From the NCBI GenBank assembly GCA_965603825.1, contig CBFDEM010000025.1, positions 470,258-534,257 on the forward strand: a stretch of DNA of 64,000 nt, read 5' to 3'. The translations under genes were made by a program, and so were the position numbers. The notes beneath the pieces are model-generated. The model was not told where the DNA came from. It saw only the letters and a program-made list of their open reading frames with translations, and ran no database searches. Positions 26,888 through 37,816 of this stretch are shown piece after piece; within the stretch, counting starts at the first letter, position 1; each line of letters begins with the position of its first letter. The stretch is from Blepharisma stoltei ATCC 30299. Lineage: Eukaryota > Protista > Ciliophora.

Positions 26888-27680
26888 TATAAAATTGTTA
26901 TAAAAATATATAAAAATATCAAGCCAATTTAATTTCAATATGAAACCACTATAAAATTTTAAGCCTTATCCAGATATATAGTCTGTTGCGAGCGAAAAAC
27001 TTGCAGATGATGGGGAGCGAGAAATAACCCATTCGATTCCCTACTAAATTCCTGATGATACTCTATCTATTTTAATTTATTGAGGAAAAGCACACATTAG
27101 GCAATTTTACTTTTAGAAAGAACTGATGTAGGAACTTATATCCCAAAAATCAATAATTACAGGTATAGATTTATAATGTTTAGCGTTTCTATCTGCTATT
27201 TTATGTATATATGCCAAGCTTGAGAGATTTAGGTTTTTGTCCAAGAACTTTTGAAAAATTAAATAAGGAAACGATACCTTTTAATCTAAATCCTGAAGGG
27301 GGCTTAGAAGAATTGAGTGAAGTCTAGTTGTGGTAGCAGCAGAAATAATAAGCTGGAGCTAGATAATAATATGACCCTTTTTACTTAGCGAAAGAAGCCA
27401 ACAAAAATCGCAATAATCAGACATAAATCATATTATATCAAATTTTTTGAGGAGGCCAATCAGCTAGCAGGAGCCAAAAGTGCTATAGGATGAATATTTA
27501 TTTTTTCTTTTTAATTTAATTAACAATTCTCTTCAATTGCTCAATTATTAAGCAGCAATTAAATAAAAATTAAAATAAGCATATCCTCTCAAAGTAACAA
27601 AATTTCTAGGTATATTCCTAGCTAAATCTCCATTCTAGACTAATAAAAATCCCATTTTCACGCTTTTAAAAATTTTTTAA

Positions 27681-28397
27681 ATGTCATTAATCTCCCTATT
27701 TGTCCTCTTTTTTGTAACCAACTATCTTGTAGAAGCCCAAACTTACACCTTACGAAGCTCTCCCAACCCTGACCTTGAAAAATTTGGAGACTATTCCGAC
27801 ACCCTCATAAGAACAGCTATATTTTCCTCTTTGTCTGGAAGAATCCCAAAAACTGATAAAAGGTACAATAGCTACGCAGAGGCCTTAAAACTGATGGCAG
27901 ACCGCAATTCCTTTACTCTTATAGAACTTGGGACTGCCCGTGAAGGAGAAGGCAGTTGTGGAGGCGACGGATGTTCGACCCCAATTTTTGCACATTTTTC
28001 TTTTCTTACAGGGAGACACTTTACATCAATCGATATCAGTGAGAAAAATTGTGAAAGAGCAAGGGAAGCAATAAGGCTTTATGCTGATAACGCACAAGTT
28101 ATAAAAAGTGACTCAGTGGAGTACTTAAAAGAATATAAAAGGCCAATTGATTTTTTGTATTTGGATAGTGTAGATTATGATTTTAGAAATCCGAGGGTAT
28201 CACAGGAACAAAATTTAAAAGAAATTAAGGCTGCTTATGAGAATTTACATAAATATTCGATTATTTTGATGGATGATTGTACACTTCCCGGAGGAGGAAA
28301 ATGCAAGCTGGCAGCTAATTTTTTATTGGAAAATGGGTGGGAAAAGCTAGTTGATTCTTATCAGATAATCTTTATACACTCAACAAGCATTCTATAG
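27681..28397 (+). CDS. Signal-peptide-bearing class I SAM-dependent methyltransferase (Methyltransf_24-like), 238 aa
   Basis: Hydrophobic N-terminus, followed by motifs IELGT...G.ST, FTSIDIS, SDSVEYL, IDFLYLDS and IILMDD. Uninterrupted ORF. Confidence 0.85.
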   Translation: MSLISLFVLFFVTNYLVEAQTYTLRSSPNPDLEKFGDYSDTLIRTAIFSSLSGRIPKTDKRYNSYAEALKLMADRNSFTLIELGTAREGEGSCGGDGCSTPIFAHFSFLTGRHFTSIDISEKNCERAREAIRLYADNAQVIKSDSVEYLKEYKRPIDFLYLDSVDYDFRNPRVSQEQNLKEIKAAYENLHKYSIILMDDCTLPGGGKCKLAANFLLENGWEKLVDSYQIIFIHSTSIL

Positions 28398-28422
28398 GGA
28401 AATCTAGAAATAAATTAATATT

Positions 28423-30373
28423 TTATTTTAGTTTTGTAATTTTTATATCGACTTCAATCTCAAAGCCATCTTCAATTCAGCTAGTTTTCAGGGTTTCTAC
28501 CTTATTTTTTGTGATATCGGATTCACAAAATTTATTTTCTTCTATGCTTGGAAGTTCTTTCTGTGTTGATAAAAATACACCCAATCGCTGGCCTGTTTCC
28601 TGATACCCAAAAGTCATTTTCATTACATTTTGATACTCGCTTAGCTCTATTTCTGACCTACCTCTATAACAGCCAAACTTTTGATTTGGGTCATAAGCTA
28701 CATAGCTATTACTTTTGCACACAAATTCTGAGCTGGCTTGGTCATACACCTCTACAAATCCTTCAACACATTTGCAAATACCATTATCAATAACAGTATT
28801 TGGGTTTTTACAAGCCAAACAATTATTTCTGGCTGAACATTTTGCGCAGCCATTTGAGCATTCTATAATGAAAATTACTTTTACAGATATCACCTTTTGA
28901 ATAATACCCGTCATTGCAGATACAATAGCCCGAAACTGGGCTTGAATTTGGGTCTGCGCAGCTTTTGCAATAATCGTAAACTTCACACTCAGCACAAAGC
29001 TTATGGCATTCTAAATATTTTTTACTTTGACAGGAATCAGACGCCGGCTCAACATATTCCCCTTTCTGGCAGTTCGGCTTGATTTTTTTTTCGAATTCTC
29101 CTTCTTCCATTCCTTTTCCAGGATAAGCCAAGTCATCTCTATTATAGTAAAAATAAAGCAGCTTATCAGCACAATGGTCTTCTTGTGGGAGTTTCCCATA
29201 CTCATATAGCTCAATTATGCTTTTCACTAGCTTTGTCAAGCCTGTAGCTTTTACTGCTACAGGATAATTGTCCTGATGTGTAAGCGTGATGTCGACTATA
29301 TCATTTTCAAAGTCTCATTTTGCTATAGAATTGGACATTAGCCAGGTATGGCAGCTATTTATGTCATCAAGAGAGTCTTTTGGCCCTGCAGGCTTAATAA
29401 AGAGCCTTTTATGAAAATCAATTGGCTCACTTGTGTAGACTAGATCAAAATCAGGGTTTGCAGCAGCTGCATATGCTATTGTAAGGGCTGGCCTGTATAA
29501 ATAGCATCATCCTTCTTTTGGGAGCTCTGTGTGGGTCCAGCTGAGAGCAATATAATAATTAGAATTCCTAAACCTGACAAACGGGGACCCACCTCTTAGG
29601 AATCCTGGCTTCCATTTATAATCTCCATGTACCCTAATGCAATTTCCATCAGTTTTACAGTTAATTATTTGGAAATTTTCGAAGTTATATACGAAATATA
29701 AATGCTCGTTATCTATAATGAGAGGCGACCAGTTTTTTTCCATAATTACGACTTTGCCTTGATGCTCTGGAATAAAAAGCTGCTGGGTTTTCTTTGTGGT
29801 ATAGCTATAAATAAACATAGGCCGTGCTGATAAATCAAGCTTTTTCATATTAAAAGCAATAAAAAATTGATCAGAAAACGCTCTGAAAAGCCGTCCGTCT
29901 TCTGGGCCGCTGTTTTCAATACTCCAGGAATGAGGAATGTCTAATACAGAAGGGACTTTTGTTGACCCAATTATAATTTCATCTTTAACTTCTTTCCAGT
30001 CTTTATCATAAAAAGTAGTATAAATAAAGCAAATTCTAGATAAGACCCATACCCGCATAGCTACTAAAAATAAATTTCTTTCAGGGACTCAGACTGCTGA
30101 AGGGTGGAGGTATCTGATATCTTTTATTTGGACTTTTTCTTTTCAGTCATTAGGAATTACCTGGTGGATTGTGCTGAAAAGAGATTCTTTGTTGATAAAG
30201 CCTTTTATATAAACTTCAAGCTTTTCATTATCATTGAAGTAGGTGTCCTCTTGCAGTAGATTTATTTTGCTGTTTATATCAAAGAATGGGCATCCATTGC
30301 GGATTTGGAATTCTGTTTCTGAACTTATACGAACCCATAAAAGGCTTAATAATAGAAGTAAGCCTTTTGGCAT
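28423..30373 (-). CDS. Gene A: beta-mannosyltransferase-like (BMT/GT91-type motif) protein fused to Cys-rich repeats, about 639 aa, two tiny introns
   Basis: One frame from ATG 30373 through several UGA-Trp codons (e.g. 30143, 29507). Motifs are GPEDGRLF, EKNWSPL, RGGSPF, YRPAL and YTSEPIDF. Introns 29011-29025 and 28863-28878 link it to the Cys-rich tail. TGA 28477 is read through to TAA at 28423. Has an N-terminal signal or anchor. Confidence 0.82.
28863..28878 (-). other. 16-nt intron GTAATTTTCATTATAG
   Basis: Explains the frame change between ORFs 28823-29239 and 28477-28995. The spliced sequence reads ICKKCSNGCAKC. Confidence 0.88.
29011..29025 (-). other. 15-nt intron GTAAAAAATATTTAG
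   Basis: GT..AG and stop-free. Removal restores CQKCHKLC. Same position as intron 33723-33737 in paralog C. Confidence 0.8.
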
Positions 30374-30522
30374 TTTTACCTTTTCAAAAATTATAAAATT
30401 AAAAAAACTTAATTGAAAGTTATTTTTGGATAAAAGAAAGCTGGAATTTTTTTGGAAAAGATAAATAAGGTTAAATGGTATTAATTGGGTTTTGTTTCTA
30501 AATTTAAATTTTTTAAAAAAAC

Positions 30523-31120
30523 TTATGTTTTAGCTATCTTTATGCAGATTTCAAGCAGAATTCCATTTTTTGTAAAGCATTTTTATAGTGTTTGGGTTTT
30601 ATTTTTTTAAATCTGAATCACAATATTCAGTTTCTCCCAGATAAGAAGCTCAGATATACACTTATTGATAGAACTAGAGATAAAACTTATTTCTCAGTTT
30701 CCACTCTAAATTTTATATCATATATAATTTTTATTTTTCTAAAACTTCATTCGGTCTGTAGCATTTACACATTTTAGCTCTCTCATAATCTCTATGATTT
30801 TTACTTTCACATAAATAGCTGTTTATATCTTCATTATAACTTCTAAAAATCCTTTGAGGCAAGTACAAACTTGATTATCCACAATTGCATTCGCCTTCTT
30901 GCTTTCCAAGCAAATCTCATAGTCTAAGCATTTAGCACAACCCTCAGGACACACTACATAAGCCTTAATTAAGTATAATTAAGGTATTCAGAGCAGTGTA
31001 ACAGCAGACTATGTAGAATTTACCTTTAAATTCTCCTTCATAATTTAAATAAAGCTTTTTCACAATTTTTAGGATTATTTTTCTGACCGAATTTCTTCGT
31101 AACTATTCATGCATTGAAAA
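30523..31120 (-). pseudogene. Relic of the Cys-rich C-terminal part of a gene A/C paralog
   Basis: CPEGCAKCLDYEICLESKKANAIVDNQVCTCLKGFLEV and YCDSD...NKTQTL...NGILLEICIKIAKT* match the tail of gene A. It retains a 15-nt intron-like GTAAATTCTACATAG (31009-31023) and has frameshifts and stops. Confidence 0.75.
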
Positions 31121-31813
31121 ATCATATAAATTAAAATAAAATTTCTGACTCCCTATGATTGGTAAGTGAGCAAAATAAGCAAGGCTAATTCTTTTTAAAA
31201 TTTTTCTCAATTAATTTTTCAAAAAGTAGAGATTTCTAATATATTGTTCGCCTGCCAAGGAGTGAGTGAGCATTTATTTTTGAAGGAAGGTTTCCTAATT
31301 TGTATAAGCTAGTTAATTGATGATAATTGTGCACAGTCCGACTGCTTTTATAGAAATTGTTGAGCATCACCAAGAGTGAAAAGAAGGTCTGCAATGTCAT
31401 TTTTGGTGTCGAAATTTGCAATTGAGTTGCCTAAAGTTCAGGACACGTGACCATGAGCTCATTAAAATTCCATCTTTAAACTTAAATAAAAAATTAGCAA
31501 AAGTAAATCTATTTGTCTTTATTTTTGTCTGATAACTATCTGGATAGCCTTTTTTACAATATTATCTAAGTATTCTTTATCAGTAAAGTCTTTTACGTAA
31601 ATATTCAGTTTTCTTTATTATTATATTGAATTTATAAATATGCGGATTTAGCTGTTTATATTGAAGTATGGGCATCAATTAATCAATTGAAGCTCTCCTA
31701 CAAGATTGGCATTTGCCTTGCTAATTAAAAGCAGCGTTCTAATATTAAACAGTTTTTTTATTTTCAACTACCCGTGCGTTCCATTTTATATTTTGGAATT
31801 TCATTAAATTTGA

Positions 31814-33130
31814 ATGGAGCTTAATGAAAGAATGCTATTTATCGCATTTTTCTTAAGCTGACCTATCTGAAGCTACTTCGTTTATGAAGAAACTGTTCCA
31901 ACTTTTCGAGGCTGCCCTGCTTTAGACCCCAATAGCCATATCAAAATATTGAAAAATAGCACCTTTTACTACAAAAATGCTCAAAAGTCAGAGGAATTTA
32001 TTAAAATCTTATTTGATCCAAAGCAAATTAGGAGCCTGCTTGTTCCATATATCATCCCTGAAGAGATGGAAAGATTCAAAAATAAGCCAGATGACATTCA
32101 AGTTTTTTATCCTTCTGCTATATGGCTAGAAGAAAAAAATACATTTTTTGCAGTTGTAAGGGTTAGTATTTTTAATTCTTATAGTTTTCTTTATGCTACA
32201 TTTTTTGATTCTGAGTGAAATGAAGTTAGGAAAAATGAAACAATAGGAAATATCACAGTCCCAGGAATTATTGAAATCGAAAAAATGTGAAAAGAGCACA
32301 GCTCAGGGCCTGAGGACCCAAGAATTTTTAGAGCGCTGAAAGGTGAGCTATTTATGACTTTTAATTTGCTGATGAAGGATAAAAAAAGGCTGATGCATAT
32401 TTTTGACGTTTCTGCAGGGATAGCGAGACCACTATTGATTAAGGAATATGCCAAAAAAGAAAAAGTCATTGAGAAAAATTGGACCCCTTTAATAGTTGAT
32501 GACCAGCATATTTTTTTCATTTATAATTACAAGAATTTACAAGTTATAGACTGCAGTTTAGAAAACAAGATATGCAAAAAAGTTAGAGGAACTTACGATC
32601 ATGCCCCGAGCTCTATCAAAGGTGGTTCTCCATACGTCCGGTTTGCTGATACCAATTATTTTGTCTCCTTTATATTTACAAATGTCGTCACCGAAGCTCC
32701 TGAAATTTCATGCAAGCCTTATCGCCCTGCCTTGTCTATAATCGAGTTTATTCCTGGCGACAAGCCAGATTTTAAGCTAATTTACACGAGTGAGCCTATT
32801 GATTTTCAAAATAAAGTGTTTTTGTCTCCAGTGTCCAAGCATAAATCAATCAAGGAAATTCTCGACTGTAATTTTGCAAGGGTTTTAATGGTCCATTCTA
32901 TATCAAAGTGAGACTATGCGGATGATATAGTCGATTTAACTCTGTCTATAAATGACTCGGTACCTTTAGCTATAAGAGTGACGGGGATGACTGATATGGT
33001 TAGATACATTATCAATATGTATGACTATGGGAGGCTTGAAGAAAAAGAAGACTGCGCCATATTAATGTCCTTTAGTTACCACAAACAGTTGTGGCCTAGG
33101 AATCTTTTTAAAATGAATAAATATAGTTAG
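31814..33130 (+). CDS. Gene B: beta-mannosyltransferase-like protein without a Cys tail, about 438 aa
   Basis: One frame from ATG 31814 (or 31832) to TAG 33128-33130, through TGA at 31859, 31868, 32216, 32288 and 32909. Hydrophobic N-terminus, then GCP, PSAIW, GPEDPRIF, EKNWTPL, KGGSPY, YRPAL and YTSEPIDF. Confidence 0.85.
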
Positions 33131-33569
33131 ATAAGACTTTAAAGTTTAGTAACTTTTACTTCTAGGTCTATAAGATATCCTCCTTTTATTGAGCTTGCTT
33201 CTAGCTTCTGGACGCTTCCCTTGGCCATTTCAAAGTCGCAGTAAAAGGTTTCTTTTGATGGAGTGGCTATTATAGGATTTATGCCTGATAAAATCATTGA
33301 TAAAGAATTTTCGTCTGGGCTCATATAATACCCGAAATTTGTGCCAAACAAATTTGGGTATTCATTTTTATTGATTCCGGAATGGCCTCTTTAGCATCCG
33401 TATTTGCTGTAGAAAGACATAGGATCTTCACAGGAGTGCTCATTAGAATTTAAAACTTCGAGAAAGCCTTCTAAACACTTACAAATACCATCATCAGACA
33501 CAGAATTAGGAGCCTTACACTTTAAGCATCTGTCTGCCGATGCGCATGTCAAACAATTTTTAGAGCAGG

Positions 33570-33584
33570 CTGTCTAAATCTTAC
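33570..33584 (-). other. 15-nt intron GTAAGATTTAGACAG
   Basis: The spliced sequence reads ICKACSKNC, at the same position as the 16-nt intron in gene A. Confidence 0.85.
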
Positions 33585-33722
33585 CTTTGCAGATATTATC
33601 CTTCTTATCTATATAGAACCCGTCCTTACAGAAACAATATCCTCATTTAATTTCTGCATTTTTATCTTTGCATTTAGTACAATAGTAATAAATTTCACAT
33701 TCAGCACAGACTTCAATGCATT

Positions 33723-33737
33723 CTTAGTTACCCTTAC
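33723..33737 (-). other. 15-nt intron GTAAGGGTAACTAAG
   Basis: Removes an in-frame stop; the spliced sequence reads CEKCIEVCAEC. Confidence 0.85.
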
Positions 33738-34429
33738 TTTCACATTTATTAGACTGGAAATTCAAAAAATGCTTTTCCTTGCAGCCCCCTTTGCTGGCAG
33801 CAGCCTCATTCTTTTCAAACTCCTTTTCCTCAATCCCTTTAAGTGGGCTGACTAATTCTTTTTTCTCATAGTAATCATATGCGAATTTTTCAGCACATTT
33901 TCGCTCCTCAGGAAGTATCTCTTTTTCATAAGCCTCAATTATTTTACCTATATATTTTAACAGTCCTTTGGCTTTAACGACAAGCTGGAGCTCATCGTCA
34001 ACGCTGAGTGTGAGGTCAGCTATATCCGAATTTTCGTCAATTTTTGCGATAGAATTGGGAATCAGCCATCCTCCAGGCCCACAAAAGACTCTTTCCCCTG
34101 GGTTTTTATATTTGGTTACTGGGGTTAAAATAATCCTGTACATAAAATCAATTGGCTCACTCGTATAAAGCAGCTTAAAGTCTTGGTATTTAGCTTTGAT
34201 TAGCAAAAGTGAGGGTCTATAAAGCTTGCATCAGCCGTTTTTGGTGTATCCTAAATGGGTAAAACCAAAGGAAAAATAATAATCAGTGCTTTTATATGGC
34301 TGAAAAGCAGTCCCACCTCTTAAAATCCCAGGTTCTCTTTGAAATTTCCCCGAAACCCTGGTGCAAGGACTTTCATCAGTACAGTCAATGACCTGGAAAT
34401 TTTCAAAATTATAAACAAAGTAAATATCT

Positions 34430-35508
34430 ACACCCTATTGCCTCCTCATATTTGTGATGAAGAAAAAGCTAGGTTCAATGAGTTTCGCCCATCAGACAAA
34501 GAGAAAACTCGTATATTTTTCCCTTCTGCCCTTTGGTTACCTGAAAAACAGCTTTATTTAGCTGCTGTTAGGGTTTCTATCTTAGACTCATATAGCTATG
34601 TATACTTAACCTTTTTTAACTCTGACTGAATTGAAGTCAGAAATACTGAATTTGTAGGGAAAACCCAGGTGCCCAGCATAATCACACTAGGGAAAATGAA
34701 AAAAGAATTATGGTGGGGTCCTGAGGATCCTCGCCTTTTTCGAGCTTTGTCAAACGAAATTTTTTTTATTGCCACCTTAATGGAAGGCCAGCCAAATTTC
34801 AACCGACAAATAAACCTCTATAGGTTTTCAACAGCAACCCATAGAAAGCTGGAATTACAAGAGCACACTGGAAAGACCTGGCGTGTCGAAAAAAACTGAA
34901 GCCCACTCATAATTGATAGCGTGCATTTATATTTTTTATATAAGTATGAGGACACGCAGGTAATTGACTGCACTGAGGAGCACCTCCCTTGTAAAAGGCA
35001 ATTCGGCTCTGACAAAGGATCTAGTCGCACCTTTGGTTCAACCCCCTACATTAGATTTTTAAATACAAATTATTTCGTATCATTTGCCCAGACAAAATAT
35101 GATTTCATAAAGCCTCATCATAGGCCTGCTTTATCTATTATAGAAGCCTTAGAAGGAGGAGAGTTCAAAATAATTTACACGAGCGAGCCACTAAATTTCC
35201 CTTCTACCTTGCTTGCAAATCCGAAATGGATTAATACAAAATTTTCGAAAAATGACATGAGGAGGATTATGATGGTCACAAGTATTGCTAATTGGGATTT
35301 CCAAAGTGGAATCGCTGATCTGACCGTGAGTCTTGACGATGAAATTGCTGTGGCAGTTAAAGTGGATGGGTTGACTGATTTTGTGCAATATGTGATTAAT
35401 GTTTATGAGTATGCGAGATTGCCTGATGAGAGTAGCTGTGCTGATAAGCTTGGGGAGGAATATTTTAGAAGTCTGCCACAGGGGGTTTTTATTGATAATA
35501 ATTCTTAA
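34430..35508 (+). CDS. Gene D: beta-mannosyltransferase-like paralog of gene B; frame intact but 5' end (signal peptide) missing, possibly a pseudogene
   Basis: Open frame to TAA 35508 via TGA at 34627 and 34897, with motifs PSALW, GPEDPRLF, EKN(W=TGA)SPL, FGSTPY, HRPAL and YTSEPL. Homology to B starts at about 34430. The first in-frame ATG is at 34696. Confidence 0.65.
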
Positions 35509-37816
35509 TTATTTATTAGATACTGGGCGATTTTTATAAATTATTTGCTAAATTTGCTTTTTATTGAGGATATTAAATTTAATTTTGATATTTAATTCCT
35601 TATCTTTAAGTCAAAATTTATAAACTTCTCAAATAATGCTTATTTTCTTATTTTTATATATTGTGGAGCAGGCAAGTGTCATTTTCTTTGAGTTATCAAT
35701 CTAAATGAAATTATATACTGCTGAAATATCAATGGATTTATGTCGACACCACTAAGTAATTTAATAAAGGCTTCATGACTACAAAAATGCACTTCCATCA
35801 GGCTTCTTATGCTACGTTTTACGATTTTTATGTTTATCTTGATTTAGGAAAAGCAAAAGGATTTCGAATTAGCACAATTAAAAAGGAATAGCGAAAGAAG
35901 TTCGCAAAAATATATCTTTTATCAGGTCCAACTAGAAGGATAATCCATTATTAGTACAGTCTTAAAGGATAAACCTAATAGAACAGCACCTATAGTTCGA
36001 GGAATTCATAACAAAATTATTTGCAGTTGATCTTGATCAAGTTAAAGGAAATTTGGATAATCCAGGGTCTGCTTTCCCAGAATAAAAATTCTGAATTCAG
36101 GATTTTAAAAATTGGCAGCTCTTAAACTTTAAAATTATAGTCATTAGCAGTAATCTTCAAATCTTGGGCGCTTAAGAGCTACTCATTCTTTGTCTTGATT
36201 ACAATTCCGATTTTATTTAATTAAAAGGCCAACTATTTTTAAGTAATCCATTATAAATGCTAAACTGTACACTAGTTGTTTCGAAATTTCAGAAAAAAGC
36301 TGATTGATGCAATATGTGTAGCAGCTTAGAAATTCTGAAGAACTTGGCTTGCAATTCTGCATGTTGGGCTGATACAAGAAGTGAAAGAGAAATGGTCGCC
36401 CAAAAGCTGATAAAATTGCTGGACCAAAACCTTTTGTTATTTTTAGAGAAAGGCTTAGATCATAAGATATGAGCTATCAAGAAAGAATAAATAATATTGA
36501 AGAGAAAATAAGTGAATTGTACGAAGAAGAACGAAATAATAAATCTGTAGGAACAGGAGATGTGAAAATAATTCGCAGAACAGTTCATTAGTAGATAAGA
36601 GATTTAGGGACTGAGCAGAAAATAATAGATCTTGAATATCGTTGAGCTTAAATGCCGCAGAGCATCATGATAATTTTGATACCGCTCATACAATCCCATA
36701 AGAGGTATGGCTATCTTGATGACCAACTTATTACTCTTGAAAAATTAAAGCATCTGAATAATTCACATGAAGAATTAAGCAATAATTTATTTGAAGAATC
36801 AAAATTTGAGCAAAAATATGATTGCTTTTAAATAGGAATGAGATGAAAAAGTTAAAAAGTGACACCATCATAAGCCAAGTGAAAAATATTCAAGAGTGCA
36901 AGATGTGTTGTATAAAAAATCAAAGATCACTATGATTCAATAGCAGAATAAAAGAAAAGCTTAATAAAATGAAAGAAAAAGACAATCATTCAATACTTAA
37001 GCATAAATTCTCTTATAAATGTAGCAGAAAATATCTTATCATTCTTTAAAGCACTATCAATCCCAAACCTAAACAAATTTAAATAGCCGCCTTAAGATCT
37101 TTAAATTGCACTATAATTTAATTAAGAATCACTAAGCGGTTACATTACGCATTTTTATATACAAAATTTATAAAAATTAACTAAATCTTGCTGAATTTTT
37201 TAATTTTAACTACATTTATTAATAGCTTGTTCTTATGTGTTATGCAATAAACGAGAATTTAAATAAATGCCCTTTGGCAGGTAGCCAGCATATATAAATA
37301 GGATGAATTAGGGATCAGATAACCAAAACTGTCCAGTTAATAAACCTATAAAATAATCAAGCTGATAAGAAATAAAATATATATTGGAAATTTGGCTTGC
37401 ATTAAATAAACTTTAAGTCACCATTAAGTACTGATATTAATTTTAGAAATTTTATATAGCAATAAGCGATTCTTGAGGTTTAAAAATCGTTTTGCATTTT
37501 GAATTAGGCTTGTCCAGCTAGAAATTTAGCATTAAAGTTGAAGGGCTCCCATTTAGCTATAGTTATCCGCAAAAATATTATTTTCACCTCACCAACTTAC
37601 TTATTTTTACTGAAAAGCTTCAGCAGCATAATGACAGTTTGAATTTTCGTCCCTTTGCATTCGATTTTTATCAATTTTGATCTAATATGAGTACTCCCTA
37701 TTGCAATAATATCTCAGAGGTGAGTATATATTTCTTTATCAGGGTCACTATTGCGAATTTTTGTAGCATAAACTAAAAAATTAAATTATTCACACAAAAT
37801 TAAGGATGAAGATTAT

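Larger units (their letters stand above)
33139..34428 (-). pseudogene. Gene C: 5'-truncated paralog of gene A with a nonsense codon
   Basis: Homology to A begins abruptly at DIYFVYNFENFQVIDC (about 34428), with no GPEDPR/EKNW half and an in-frame TAG just upstream. RGGTAF and YTSEPIDF are present. It has 15-nt introns at 33723-33737 and 33570-33584, and an in-frame TAA at 33391-33393 (GC*RG versus GCYRG in A). Confidence 0.82.

Noticed and set aside
26940-27490. TAA/TAG reassigned to Gln (Tetrahymena/Paramecium code) to rescue broken frames
   Set aside because: Intact genes, including a 17-kb ORF, have no internal TAA/TAG and end in them. The broken tracts also contain frameshifts.
34339-34429. 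TTG-initiated N-terminal extension of gene D
   Set aside because: This stretch is the antisense strand of gene C coding sequence, has no similarity to the N-terminus of B, and has no ATG.
1528-35508. In-frame TGA as evidence of pseudogenes or selenocysteine
   Set aside because: TGA aligns with TGG or conserved Trp in paralogs and motifs, not with Cys, and the frames are otherwise intact.
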